In this document: one piece after another, positions 30,581 through 39,659 of the stretch
How positions within the stretch are numbered: position 1 is the first letter of the stretch
Layout: every line of letters starts with the position of its first letter
Source of the DNA: Thermodesulfobacteriota bacterium
Lineage (GTDB): Bacteria > Desulfobacterota_D > UBA1144 > Nemesobacterales > JAJCZQ01
Reading direction: 5' to 3'
Length of the DNA stretch: 64,000 bases
Assembly: GCA_965203965.1 (NCBI GenBank)
Contig: CBDBDR010000017.1
Coordinates: forward strand, 1,184,001-1,248,000
The notes under the pieces: generated by a model
What the model was told of the DNA's origin: nothing
The model's input: only the letters and a program-made list of their open reading frames with translations
The model's database searches: none
Translations under genes and position numbers: made by a program

Positions 30581-30901
30581 TCAGTTTATGTTATCTCTCA
30601 ATTTATACTTTCCATTTTCAAATTCGGAAAATATCATATTTAGAAGAGGGTGTTTTACGGGTTTTTTTGTCGTGTCGGCTACAAGGTGTCTCTCCGCCAC
30701 GTAGGTTTGAAATTTACTTCCTTCAGCTATAACGTGATACCACGGTTTGTCTTTTGGAGGTTTTGATTTTGCTACCGAATCATACCACTCTTCAGTTCCA
30801 CTGAAAACAGGGTCTACGTCAGCTATTACACCCCTGTAATCAAATTTTACGTGACTAACTACTTGCCCGAGAGAAAATTTTGCCGATTTTTCTTCAGTCA
30901 T
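30581..30901 (-). CDS. hspQ: Heat shock protein HspQ / YccV-like
   Basis: AKFSLGQVV.H..FDYRGVI.DVDP.F...EEWY...KPWYHV...TYVAERHL...HP. Confidence 0.88.
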   Translation of the reverse strand: MTEEKSAKFSLGQVVSHVKFDYRGVIADVDPVFSGTEEWYDSVAKSKPPKDKPWYHVIAEGSKFQTYVAERHLVADTTKKPVKHPLLNMIFSEFENGKYKLRDNIN

Positions 30902-30999
30902 GCGCTCTAATTTAGCACATTTGAATTGTATAACAAAAAATTGTCACTCATAAAATCTTTTCTTTAACAACTATTAGGTGATTGATATAATTTCTCTTT

Positions 31000-33585
31000 A
31001 TGAAATCTGAAACTCCAATGATCAAGCAATACAACAAAATCAAAAAGGATTATCCTGATTCTATACTTTTCTTTCGTCTTGGGGATTTTTACGAGATGTT
31101 TTTTGAAGACGCAAGAACTGCTTCAAGGGTGCTTGACATTGCCTTAACTTCTAGAAATAAGTCAAGTAAAAACTCAATACCACTATGCGGTGTGCCTCAC
31201 CACAGTGCCGAGACATACCTCACCAGACTTTTGAAAAATGGATACAAAGTCGCCATATGCGAACAGATTACAGATCCAAAAGATGCTAAAGGTGTTGTAG
31301 AGAGAAAAGTGGTGAAAGTTTTAACTCCCGGGACAATTTTGGATTCGGAAAGTTTAGAATCTAAATCCAACAACTATATTGCATCCATCTATTTAAGCAC
31401 GGAGGAATTTGCCGTTTCCTATTGTGACATATCAACTGGGGAACTCAGGGTGACTTACTTTAATAGACGGGAAGATATGCTGGATGAAATTATGCGGCTT
31501 GAGCCAAGAGAGATACTTATAGATCCTAGTAAGAAGGAATTTCTGTCTTTAATAAAAAATTCCCTAAACCCACTTGTTACGGAGATAGATGAGATAGAAT
31601 GGGATTACAAAAATTCTGAAAATATACTGTTGAAACACTTGAACGTTGCCACCTTGAAAGCCTTTGGAATAGAAAATAAAACCAGTCTGATGATTTCATC
31701 GGCAGTGCTTATTAATTATTTAATAGAAACCCAGATGGATTTTATGCCCGAGTTGCAAGAGCCCCATTACTACAAAACGAGCGATTATCTGGAAATAGAT
31801 GATTCAACCAGAAAAAACTTGGAGATATTCAAATCCCTTGACGGTAGTATAAAGGGACCTTGTCTGCTGTCCGTCATAGACATGACGGTATCTGCTATGG
31901 GTGGAAGATTGATAAAGAAGTGGCTTCATTATCCGCTTAAAGACGTCGACAGTATTACTTCAAGGCTCAATTCCGTGTGTGAATTGAAGGTAGATTTTAA
32001 ATTGAGAGAAAGCATTCAGACGGAACTGAGAAAAATAAACGATATTGAAAGATTGATCGGGAGAGTTTCAACTGTTGCCGCAAAACCAAAGGATCTAGGA
32101 GGTCTCAGGGATTCAACGTTTTCAATTTCCAGAATTAAATCAATCATGGTCCATTTTAAATCCGAACTGTTGAGGTCAATATACAACGAAATTGATGAGT
32201 TGGCTGATATTAGAGAAACGCTTTTAAACTCTCTTGTGGACCAACCTCCTTACTCATCAAAGGAAGGGGGAATTTTCAGGAAGGGTTTTAATGAAGAATT
32301 GGATCAGTTTAAATCAATTCAGGCTGATGCTAAAAGGTGGATTACTGATCTGGAGTCAAAGGAAAGAATTTCTACGGGAATTAGCTCCTTAAAAGTCGGT
32401 TACAACAAAATTTTTGGATACTACATTGAGGTTACTAAAACCAATATTGATCTTGTTCCGCAAGATTATATAAGAAAGCAAACACTTACCAACGCAGAGA
32501 GATTTATCACGCCTGGGTTAAAGGAATTTGAAGAAAAAATACTTAATGCCGAAGAAAAAATCCTGGAGATTGAAAAGGCTCTTTTTGAAAAACTCCGTTT
32601 AATTATATCGGACGAATCCACGAGGATCAGAAAGACGGCTTTCTTAATTGCACAAGTTGACGTGCTTTGCTCTCTTGCGGAAATTGCAGATAAAAATGGA
32701 TATGTAAAACCTGTGATTAACAATAGTGAAAAAATAGATCTTAAGAATAGCAGACATCTAGTTTTGGAAAGTCTTGAGTTGGAAAATGGGTTTGTTTCAA
32801 ACGATATTTTTCTTGACAAGGAAAACCAGGTTTTGTTGGTTACCGGTCCTAATATGGCTGGTAAGTCCACGCTTATTCGTCAGGCTGCTCTCATAGTGAT
32901 TTTAGCTCAAATTGGAAGCTACGTCCCCGCATCGGAAGCAGAGATTGGAGTTGTTGACAAGATATTTACAAGGGTTGGTGCATCTGACAATTTGGCAAAG
33001 GGACTTTCAACGTTTATGGTTGAGATGGTAGAGACCGCCTATATATTGAGAAATGCCACGGATAAGAGTTTTGTAATACTAGATGAAATTGGCAGAGGTA
33101 CAAGCACATTTGACGGGATGAGTATAGCTTGGGCCGTTGCCGAGTATCTTCACAATTTAGGAGTAAAAACTCTTTTTGCCACTCATTATCATGAACTTGC
33201 ACGATTAACTCATTTCAATCCGAGAGTGAGAAACTATAACGTTCTTGTCAGAGAAGAAAAAGATAAAATTATATTTTTAAGAAGATTGGTTCCTGGTGCT
33301 TCAAGTCACAGCTACGGCATACAGGTAGCAAAATTGGCAGGTATTCCTCAAAAAGTTATAAATTCTTCCAGAAGTATGCTATCAACGTTGGAAAAAATTC
33401 AGTCAAAACTCTCGGAGCTTATAGGAGAAGAACAGATGTTACTTTTTGATTCCCCAAATGATCAAGTAGATGAAGACACGGGTAACGAGATTTCAGAATA
33501 TATCAAAAGTATTGACCCCATGAACCTTACTCCAATAGAGGCTCTTGAAAAACTGATTGAGTTAAAGAAAAAAGTGGGCAACTAA
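31000..33585 (+). CDS. mutS: DNA mismatch repair protein MutS
   Basis: TPMIKQY, FRLGDFYEMF, TGPNMAGKST, STFMVEM, LDEIGRGTST, FATHYHEL, SYGIQVAKLAG. Confidence 0.98.
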   Translation: MKSETPMIKQYNKIKKDYPDSILFFRLGDFYEMFFEDARTASRVLDIALTSRNKSSKNSIPLCGVPHHSAETYLTRLLKNGYKVAICEQITDPKDAKGVVERKVVKVLTPGTILDSESLESKSNNYIASIYLSTEEFAVSYCDISTGELRVTYFNRREDMLDEIMRLEPREILIDPSKKEFLSLIKNSLNPLVTEIDEIEWDYKNSENILLKHLNVATLKAFGIENKTSLMISSAVLINYLIETQMDFMPELQEPHYYKTSDYLEIDDSTRKNLEIFKSLDGSIKGPCLLSVIDMTVSAMGGRLIKKWLHYPLKDVDSITSRLNSVCELKVDFKLRESIQTELRKINDIERLIGRVSTVAAKPKDLGGLRDSTFSISRIKSIMVHFKSELLRSIYNEIDELADIRETLLNSLVDQPPYSSKEGGIFRKGFNEELDQFKSIQADAKRWITDLESKERISTGISSLKVGYNKIFGYYIEVTKTNIDLVPQDYIRKQTLTNAERFITPGLKEFEEKILNAEEKILEIEKALFEKLRLIISDESTRIRKTAFLIAQVDVLCSLAEIADKNGYVKPVINNSEKIDLKNSRHLVLESLELENGFVSNDIFLDKENQVLLVTGPNMAGKSTLIRQAALIVILAQIGSYVPASEAEIGVVDKIFTRVGASDNLAKGLSTFMVEMVETAYILRNATDKSFVILDEIGRGTSTFDGMSIAWAVAEYLHNLGVKTLFATHYHELARLTHFNPRVRNYNVLVREEKDKIIFLRRLVPGASSHSYGIQVAKLAGIPQKVINSSRSMLSTLEKIQSKLSELIGEEQMLLFDSPNDQVDEDTGNEISEYIKSIDPMNLTPIEALEKLIELKKKVGN

Positions 33586-33622
33586 ATATGATGAAATAGA
33601 GTCTCTCGAGTATTCATATTTT

Positions 33623-34714
33623 TTATCTCTCTTTCCATGCGATAACTCGTCCTGTGTTATTACGGTTCTGTTTCCTGATGACTGCTTCAATATTTCTTAT
33701 AGTGTTATCCCCAGTGCTTGCGATGCCGGTTGATTTGATCAGAAATATGTCACTTTTACCATACTTCAATACTAAGCCACTCAGACCGGCGGAGATACTT
33801 GATATGGATGTGATATTTCTCACTATATTTCTAACCTCTTTTACTGAGATTGTGTTGTCTTCTTTTCTTTTTTCTAGTATTTCTTCGACAATAGCTTCAA
33901 CCGTGGAGTCCTTGATCTCAGATTGGGGGGCTCGTGTTTGAATTGAAGATACCTGTGCAGCTTTGATTATTGCCATCATAACTGGACTTGGAGCAGTGCT
34001 AAAATTAACAAATTTACTATCGGTGTAAACCGTTAAATAGTCTTTAACTTTTTTGTAGAACTCTGAATCCATTCCCTCAATCATACGGATTTCTTCTACG
34101 CTATCTATCTGTCCATCTTTAATTGTGTATGGATTTTTAAGTTGTCCATAAAAATCTCCGTCAGCACCATTAGAATCTTGATCGTTTTTCGAGTTTGGCA
34201 ATTTCCTGTCCAGCCAATTAACTAAACTGGATATGAATAAATTGGATTTTCTCTCATCAACTTCTAAAAATCTGAATAAATGCGTAAGGGCAGTCAGCAC
34301 TTGAAAGTCTACTCTATTGGTTGTGGGATTAACAAGCGAATTGAGATTTATTTTTGATCTCTCGTCCTCCACTTTGAGAGAGACCGAGCCTTCTTCTCCT
34401 ATGGGAAAAGATGACACCGTGAATGACCATATTCCTTTTTCATTCTGTCCCAAGCCTAGAAAGGGAACAGTTGCTGCAACCTTATCAAGTTGTTCAAGGT
34501 TGTTGGATTTTATTAAGCTCGAGACCAGACTTACTCCTGATTTGGCAATATGTCGTGCCTTCATTTCATTCAAGGTGTTTCTGGATATTGCAATGTCAAC
34601 GTGTGTGCTAAAAGTGAAATCGGCAACTAGAACCGTTAGTATTGCAACTATTATAAGTACTAAAACAAGCACCAGTCCCTTTTCATTTTTTTTTCCTCTA
34701 TCACTATTTATCAT
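33623..34714 (-). CDS. gspK: T2SS minor pseudopilin K
   Basis: KG|LVLVLVL prepilin-like N-terminus without Glu5, DERSKINLN, VNFSTAP; last gene of the gsp operon. Confidence 0.85.
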   Translation of the reverse strand: MINSDRGKKNEKGLVLVLVLIIVAILTVLVADFTFSTHVDIAISRNTLNEMKARHIAKSGVSLVSSLIKSNNLEQLDKVAATVPFLGLGQNEKGIWSFTVSSFPIGEEGSVSLKVEDERSKINLNSLVNPTTNRVDFQVLTALTHLFRFLEVDERKSNLFISSLVNWLDRKLPNSKNDQDSNGADGDFYGQLKNPYTIKDGQIDSVEEIRMIEGMDSEFYKKVKDYLTVYTDSKFVNFSTAPSPVMMAIIKAAQVSSIQTRAPQSEIKDSTVEAIVEEILEKRKEDNTISVKEVRNIVRNITSISSISAGLSGLVLKYGKSDIFLIKSTGIASTGDNTIRNIEAVIRKQNRNNTGRVIAWKER

Positions 34715-34721
34715 CTTTACC

Positions 34722-35435
34722 TCATTTTGTGGCGGGTATAGAAATAGTTGTTTTAAATTCCCAGTTTTCTCCCAGATCGTCTTTTAATACCAGTTTCACT
34801 TCAACGGCTTTGGGATACGCTCCGCCAAGAGTGTTTGCATTCCATTCCTCAATGTCATCGGACTGACTTTCGGGCTCTATTTTTTTGTTATTAAGATAGG
34901 TGAGCCTGAATTTTGATACTCTTTCAGATATAGCATATTGTGTTCCACCCACCGGGTTTCCAAACCATGGGTTTTCTCGCCTTATGAGTGCATATAAGTT
35001 GTCTCGATCTTCCAATTTTTCCAGAAAATAAGTAACTTCCGATTGGTTAGATTGACGGTTAAATATAGAGTCCTCACCGAGGTCAACGACACCCCGGGTA
35101 TATGATGAAAGGGTAAGGGTGCTGTTGTCATTATTTTCTTTATCTTTCTTGCCCAAAAAGTAGAGAGCAGGATATTCTCTTGCAATGCCCGACACCCTTC
35201 CCCTTGGGTAGGCATTTTCCAGATCTTTACTAATCCTTGAAAAAATAGTTCGTGCTTCATGGAGAAGGTGCAGTTGACTTTCAACTTTTTCCTTTGCTTC
35301 TATGATCTGAAAAAGTGAACTGTAAACGATCGTGGTTACAATGGCGGTGATAAATATTGCCATTAATATCTCAATTAGCGTAAAACCTTTTTCAGCCTGA
35401 TGTTGCTGTGAATATTTCAAAACTCTCTTTTTCAT
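34722..35435 (-). CDS. gspJ: T2SS minor pseudopilin J
   Basis: KG|FTLIEIL prepilin motif, C-terminal PKAVEV; operon position. Confidence 0.8.
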   Translation of the reverse strand: MKKRVLKYSQQHQAEKGFTLIEILMAIFITAIVTTIVYSSLFQIIEAKEKVESQLHLLHEARTIFSRISKDLENAYPRGRVSGIAREYPALYFLGKKDKENNDNSTLTLSSYTRGVVDLGEDSIFNRQSNQSEVTYFLEKLEDRDNLYALIRRENPWFGNPVGGTQYAISERVSKFRLTYLNNKKIEPESQSDDIEEWNANTLGGAYPKAVEVKLVLKDDLGENWEFKTTISIPATK

Positions 35436-35787
35436 TGTCCCAAGTTATTAAAAGTCTTACTACCATAATTTTGTTACTTAAAAGAGGTAAAGTATAAGGC
35501 GATACGGACAGATACCATTTAAAACCCTCATGTTCCAAAAAAACACCGCTGTCCACTTTTTCATATAGTAATTCTTCAAGTTCAATCTCAGACATCATCT
35601 CCTGAGCCAGTAGTGCCGCAATCTGCGTGTCTCTGGATTTTGATGCGAGATTGATATTGTTGTTGACCGAACCAAGCAGCATTACCATTGCCGTTCCTAT
35701 AAGTGCAACAGCTATTACAACCTCAAGAAGCGTAAATCCCTTATTTTTCCCTTGTTTTGTGGAGTTTATGAGTCTGGTATGTATCAT
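35392..35787 (-). CDS. gspI: T2SS minor pseudopilin I
   Basis: KG|FTLLEVVIAVALI; size and operon position. Confidence 0.8.
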   Translation of the reverse strand: MIHTRLINSTKQGKNKGFTLLEVVIAVALIGTAMVMLLGSVNNNINLASKSRDTQIAALLAQEMMSEIELEELLYEKVDSGVFLEHEGFKWYLSVSPYTLPLLSNKIMVVRLLITWDNEKESFEIFTATSG

Positions 35788-36292
35788 CTCTCTGCCTGAA
35801 ATTATAATACTGGTCGTATATTTTGGTTCCGCCCGTGTAGGGTTTGGTTTCTATGGTGTAGTTATCATTGTCGGCACTGCTTAAGTGTATTACTGCATAG
35901 TCAACAAAACCACTGGGAAGAAAAAGAATAAATGCATCGTTTCCCTCTTCAATCTTCCGTTGTGCTCTCTCGGTGAAAATATTCTCAAAGAAAATGCCGT
36001 CTGGAAGACTTCTTCGTTTCAATGCTGGATCCTCAAAAGTAACAAACCGGTTGCCCTGAAACGATTCAACCCAGTATTGATTACTGTCCAGATCAAATCT
36101 CAACTTGTATATATTTTTTTTAAAAATAGCATCGTTATAAAGGTGTTTAATTATCCCGCTTAGATTTCGTGCCGCACTTTTGATGTGCATGTTCGTGACG
36201 TTGTTAAATCCCGGTATTGTTACAAGCAATAAACTTCCCAGCAGAAACACCACTAAAAGAATTTCAACTAAGGTGAAACCGCTGTGTTTCAT
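35741..36292 (-). CDS. gspH: T2SS minor pseudopilin H
   Basis: SG|FTLVEIL, FLPSG; follows gspG. Confidence 0.8.
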   Translation of the reverse strand: MKHSGFTLVEILLVVFLLGSLLLVTIPGFNNVTNMHIKSAARNLSGIIKHLYNDAIFKKNIYKLRFDLDSNQYWVESFQGNRFVTFEDPALKRRSLPDGIFFENIFTERAQRKIEEGNDAFILFLPSGFVDYAVIHLSSADNDNYTIETKPYTGGTKIYDQYYNFRQRDDTYQTHKLHKTREK

Positions 36293-36720
36293 TGCAGATC
36301 ATTGCTTGAGATGTCGTCTTCAGTGTTTAAGATGCCGTCCTCACCCTGGGATATGACAGTGTAGATTCTACCACTATCGGATTTCTCGGGTCCCATGTAA
36401 ATAAATTCATTTGACCAAGCGTCGAGTGGTAACTGCCCTTTTTCCACGTAAGGTCCCTTCCACTTCCTTACCTTCCTACCAACACTGGGCACCTCAACTA
36501 GTGCTGCGAGTCCCTGCTGGGTATTGGGATAAAATCCGTTGTCCAGCTTAAACAGCTTTAGGGAGCTTTCTAGATTGGCAATATTTGTCCTTGTCAGCTT
36601 GTTGTTTGCCTCCTCCATTCTTGACATAATGTTTGGTGCAACGATTGCGGCGAGTCCGGCTATAATTATCACCACCACCATAATCTCAATGATTGTGAAT
36701 CCACCTTGTGATCTGATCAT
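36289..36720 (-). CDS. gspG: T2SS major pseudopilin G
   Basis: GG|FTIIEIMVV, FKLDNGFYP..QGL.ALV, W.GPY, DAW, G.DG...TEDDI; SD GGAGG. Confidence 0.95.
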   Translation of the reverse strand: MIRSQGGFTIIEIMVVVIIIAGLAAIVAPNIMSRMEEANNKLTRTNIANLESSLKLFKLDNGFYPNTQQGLAALVEVPSVGRKVRKWKGPYVEKGQLPLDAWSNEFIYMGPEKSDSGRIYTVISQGEDGILNTEDDISSNDLQ

Positions 36721-36742
36721 AATAAATAACCTCCTGTAATTA

Positions 36743-37945
36743 TTATATTGCTGAAGTTAAATCAAATATCGGAAGCAGTATAGCAAAAACTATAAAAGCT
36801 ATTATTACCCCTATGATTGATATCATTATGGGTTCTAAAAGTGAAGTCAAAGCCGAAAGAGTGTTCTCAACTTGAAGGTCGTAAATATCTGCTATCTTGT
36901 TGAACATATCCTCTATTTCACCGGTTTGTTCACCCACGCTGATCATTCTTGTAACAAGCGGGGGAAAAACCTTGCTGTTCTGAACTGGTGTTGCAAGACT
37001 TGAACCCTCTCTGACGCTATCTTTGACCTTTTCCAATGAATCCACAAACACGGTATTTCCTATCACTGCCTGGCTAATTTCCAGTGCATTCAGAAGGGGA
37101 ATTCCACTTCCCACAAGCGTTCCTATGGTTCTTGAAAACCTTGATATTGCAATTTTTGATACCAATTTGCCAAATAAGGGTAGTTTTAAAACAAGATTAT
37201 CGGTCAGTCTCTTTCCCCTGTTGGATTTTATAAATCTTGCTACTATAAACGCCGCAATAAAAGCTACTATTAGTGTGACAATAAAATGGTCTGACAGAAA
37301 TTTGCTGATCGTTATAAGAATAGTAGTTGATAGTGGGAGGGCTTTTTGATTTGCTTCAAATATTTTGGTGATTTTTGGAATTACATAGGTCATCATAAAC
37401 AAAAGCACGCCTGATCCGATTATAAAAATAAATATAGGGTAAACAAGTGCACTTCTTACCTTGGACTTCAAGGCAGAGGATTTTTCCAAAAAGTCTGCCA
37501 GCCTGTTAAGTACAATATCCAGATTGCCACTTGCCTCTCCTGATTTGACTATATTGGTGTATATCTCAGGGAATATATCCCTGTGTTCGGACAGTGCATC
37601 TGCAAGGGAACTTCCCTCACTTATCTTGTTCTTTACCTGTGTAAAGACTTCCTTTAGCTTCTGATCCTCCGCCTGCTCAGACAGTGCAATCAGAGATGCT
37701 TCAAGCGGTAAATTTGCCGAGATCAATGCTGAAAATTGTCTTGTTGTAATAGCCAGCTCAGAACTGCTGACCCCTTTGAAAGGGATATATCTTTTTTTTC
37801 TGCTCTTTACAGCTTCAGAAATTGAGGAAGGATACAGTCCTTTTTTCTTTAACTTCTCTGAAGCGGCCTTAACAGATTCTGCATCTATTATTCCATCTGT
37901 ATTTGAGCCATCCGAGCTAATTGCTTTGTATTTATAAACCTGCAT
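36743..37945 (-). CDS. gspF: T2SS inner-membrane platform protein F
   Basis: TRQFSAL, GEASGNL, ALVYP, VGEQTG, LEP; start moved to ATG 37945. Confidence 0.95.
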   Translation of the reverse strand: MQVYKYKAISSDGSNTDGIIDAESVKAASEKLKKKGLYPSSISEAVKSRKKRYIPFKGVSSSELAITTRQFSALISANLPLEASLIALSEQAEDQKLKEVFTQVKNKISEGSSLADALSEHRDIFPEIYTNIVKSGEASGNLDIVLNRLADFLEKSSALKSKVRSALVYPIFIFIIGSGVLLFMMTYVIPKITKIFEANQKALPLSTTILITISKFLSDHFIVTLIVAFIAAFIVARFIKSNRGKRLTDNLVLKLPLFGKLVSKIAISRFSRTIGTLVGSGIPLLNALEISQAVIGNTVFVDSLEKVKDSVREGSSLATPVQNSKVFPPLVTRMISVGEQTGEIEDMFNKIADIYDLQVENTLSALTSLLEPIMISIIGVIIAFIVFAILLPIFDLTSAI

Positions 37946-37958
37946 TATCAAAAAGGCA

Positions 37959-39653
37959 TTAATGCTTAGTTTCAAAGTTAATTGATTTTTCTTCGGTAAC
38001 TCTTAGCACTTCATCAATTGAAGTAATACCATTAACCACTTTACTGGCGCCGTCCATTCTAAGAGTGGTTAAACCGTTTTTCATCGCTTTATCTTTTATT
38101 GATGAAGAATCAGTGATATTCAAGGTCAAGTTTCTTATATCATCGTCCATTAACAGAATTTCAAAGATCGCAAGACGTCCACTAAAGCCTGTGTCTATAC
38201 ATTTGTCACACCCCTTGGACTTGAACAGTATTCCATCTTTCATATTCTTACGAGCGATGCCGATTCTATTAAGCTCTTCATCGGTGGGCACGTATTTTTC
38301 CTTACAGTGGTTGCAGAGTATTCTTACAAGTCTTTGAGCAACGACTGCAATGAGTGATGAAGAAACGAGAAAAGGCTCGATGTTCATATCAATCAGTCTT
38401 GTGATAGCACCGGCGGAATCGTTAGTGTGAAGTGTGGAAAATACGAGATGCCCCGTTAAAGAAGCATGTATAGATATATCTGCCGTTTCCCTGTCTCTTA
38501 TTTCACCTACCAGTATTACGTCTGGGTCTTGTCTGAGAACTGACCTGAGACCGTTTGCAAAAGTCAGATTAACCTTGTTGTTTACCTGTATTTGGTTTAT
38601 CCCTTTTATTTGGTACTCCACTGGGTCCTCAATTGTGATGATTTTTTTATCAGAAGAATTTATTCTCTCCAGAGATGCATACAGACTTGTGGTTTTGCCA
38701 CTTCCCGTAGGACCGGTTACGAGAATGATCCCGTGGGGTTTTCTGATCAGTGAGTCGTATTTTATGAGTTTATTGCCTTCAAGTCCAAGTTGCTCGAGGC
38801 TGAGAATGACGGATGACTTGTCAAGGAGCCTCATCACGACGCTTTCACCCCATGTTGTTGGCACGGTGGAAATTCTTATATCAACGTCTCTTCCTGCCAC
38901 TTTTACTCTTATCCTTCCATCCTGCGGTTTTCTTTTTTCTGCTATGTCAAGTTCTGCCATTATTTTTACGCGTGAGATCACAGCGGACTGTATTTTTTTT
39001 TGGACAGAGGTTATGTTGTGGAGCATTCCATCTTTTCTGAAACGCACTACTAGGTTTTTTTCAAAGCATTCTATATGTATATCACTTGCTTTTTCCTTGA
39101 CTGCTTGAAATAAGAGTGAGTTGACAAACTTTATTATGGGGGCTTCGTCGTATGCTTCCAGTAAATCTCTGGGTTCATGGATTTCCAATTCTGCTATTTC
39201 TGTTGATTCTTCTTCAATATCATTGGATATTTCCTTACTTTGCTCATACACACTGTTTATACTTTCATACAAGGTGTGGTTGAACGTTAAGTGAGTTTTA
39301 ATCGGGCAGTTGAAGAGTGATTTGACTTCGTCAAGTGCATACAGGTTAACCGGGGGAGCTAATACAACATTGATTGCGCCATCAGATCGTGAAAGTGGCA
39401 TTAGTCTATACTTTCTGCTAAAGCTTATTGGAAGTTTTCTTACCAGTTCAAAATCCATATCTTCATTTTTGATTTCATTTATTACGGGAACTCCGTAGTA
39501 TTCTGAAAGGATTCCCAGCAACTTTTCATCATTTAGCAGTTTGGACTTTATCAACACCTCTTCGTCACTGTCTGAGCTCTTGGATTTTATTTGCAGAAAA
39601 CTTTCAACTATATCGGGGGTTTTTTCCTGAAGTATCTGATCAATAGTTTTCAT
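37959..39653 (-). CDS. gspE: T2SS ATPase E
   Basis: ASDIHIE, LDIAEKRKPQDG, GPTGSGKTT, TIEDPVE, LRQDPD, TGHLVFSTLHTN, CxxC..CxxC. Confidence 0.96.
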   Translation of the reverse strand: MKTIDQILQEKTPDIVESFLQIKSKSSDSDEEVLIKSKLLNDEKLLGILSEYYGVPVINEIKNEDMDFELVRKLPISFSRKYRLMPLSRSDGAINVVLAPPVNLYALDEVKSLFNCPIKTHLTFNHTLYESINSVYEQSKEISNDIEEESTEIAELEIHEPRDLLEAYDEAPIIKFVNSLLFQAVKEKASDIHIECFEKNLVVRFRKDGMLHNITSVQKKIQSAVISRVKIMAELDIAEKRKPQDGRIRVKVAGRDVDIRISTVPTTWGESVVMRLLDKSSVILSLEQLGLEGNKLIKYDSLIRKPHGIILVTGPTGSGKTTSLYASLERINSSDKKIITIEDPVEYQIKGINQIQVNNKVNLTFANGLRSVLRQDPDVILVGEIRDRETADISIHASLTGHLVFSTLHTNDSAGAITRLIDMNIEPFLVSSSLIAVVAQRLVRILCNHCKEKYVPTDEELNRIGIARKNMKDGILFKSKGCDKCIDTGFSGRLAIFEILLMDDDIRNLTLNITDSSSIKDKAMKNGLTTLRMDGASKVVNGITSIDEVLRVTEEKSINFETKH

Positions 39654-39659
39654 TTTGCA

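Noticed and set aside
30912..30918. TTAGCAC CIRCE half-site upstream of hspQ
   Set aside because: No matching second arm at 9-nt spacing.
38434..39108. 224-aa plus-strand ORF, and the many other 60-160 aa overlapping ORFs in the track
   Set aside because: Antisense or alternate-frame shadows of well-supported genes (here gspE).
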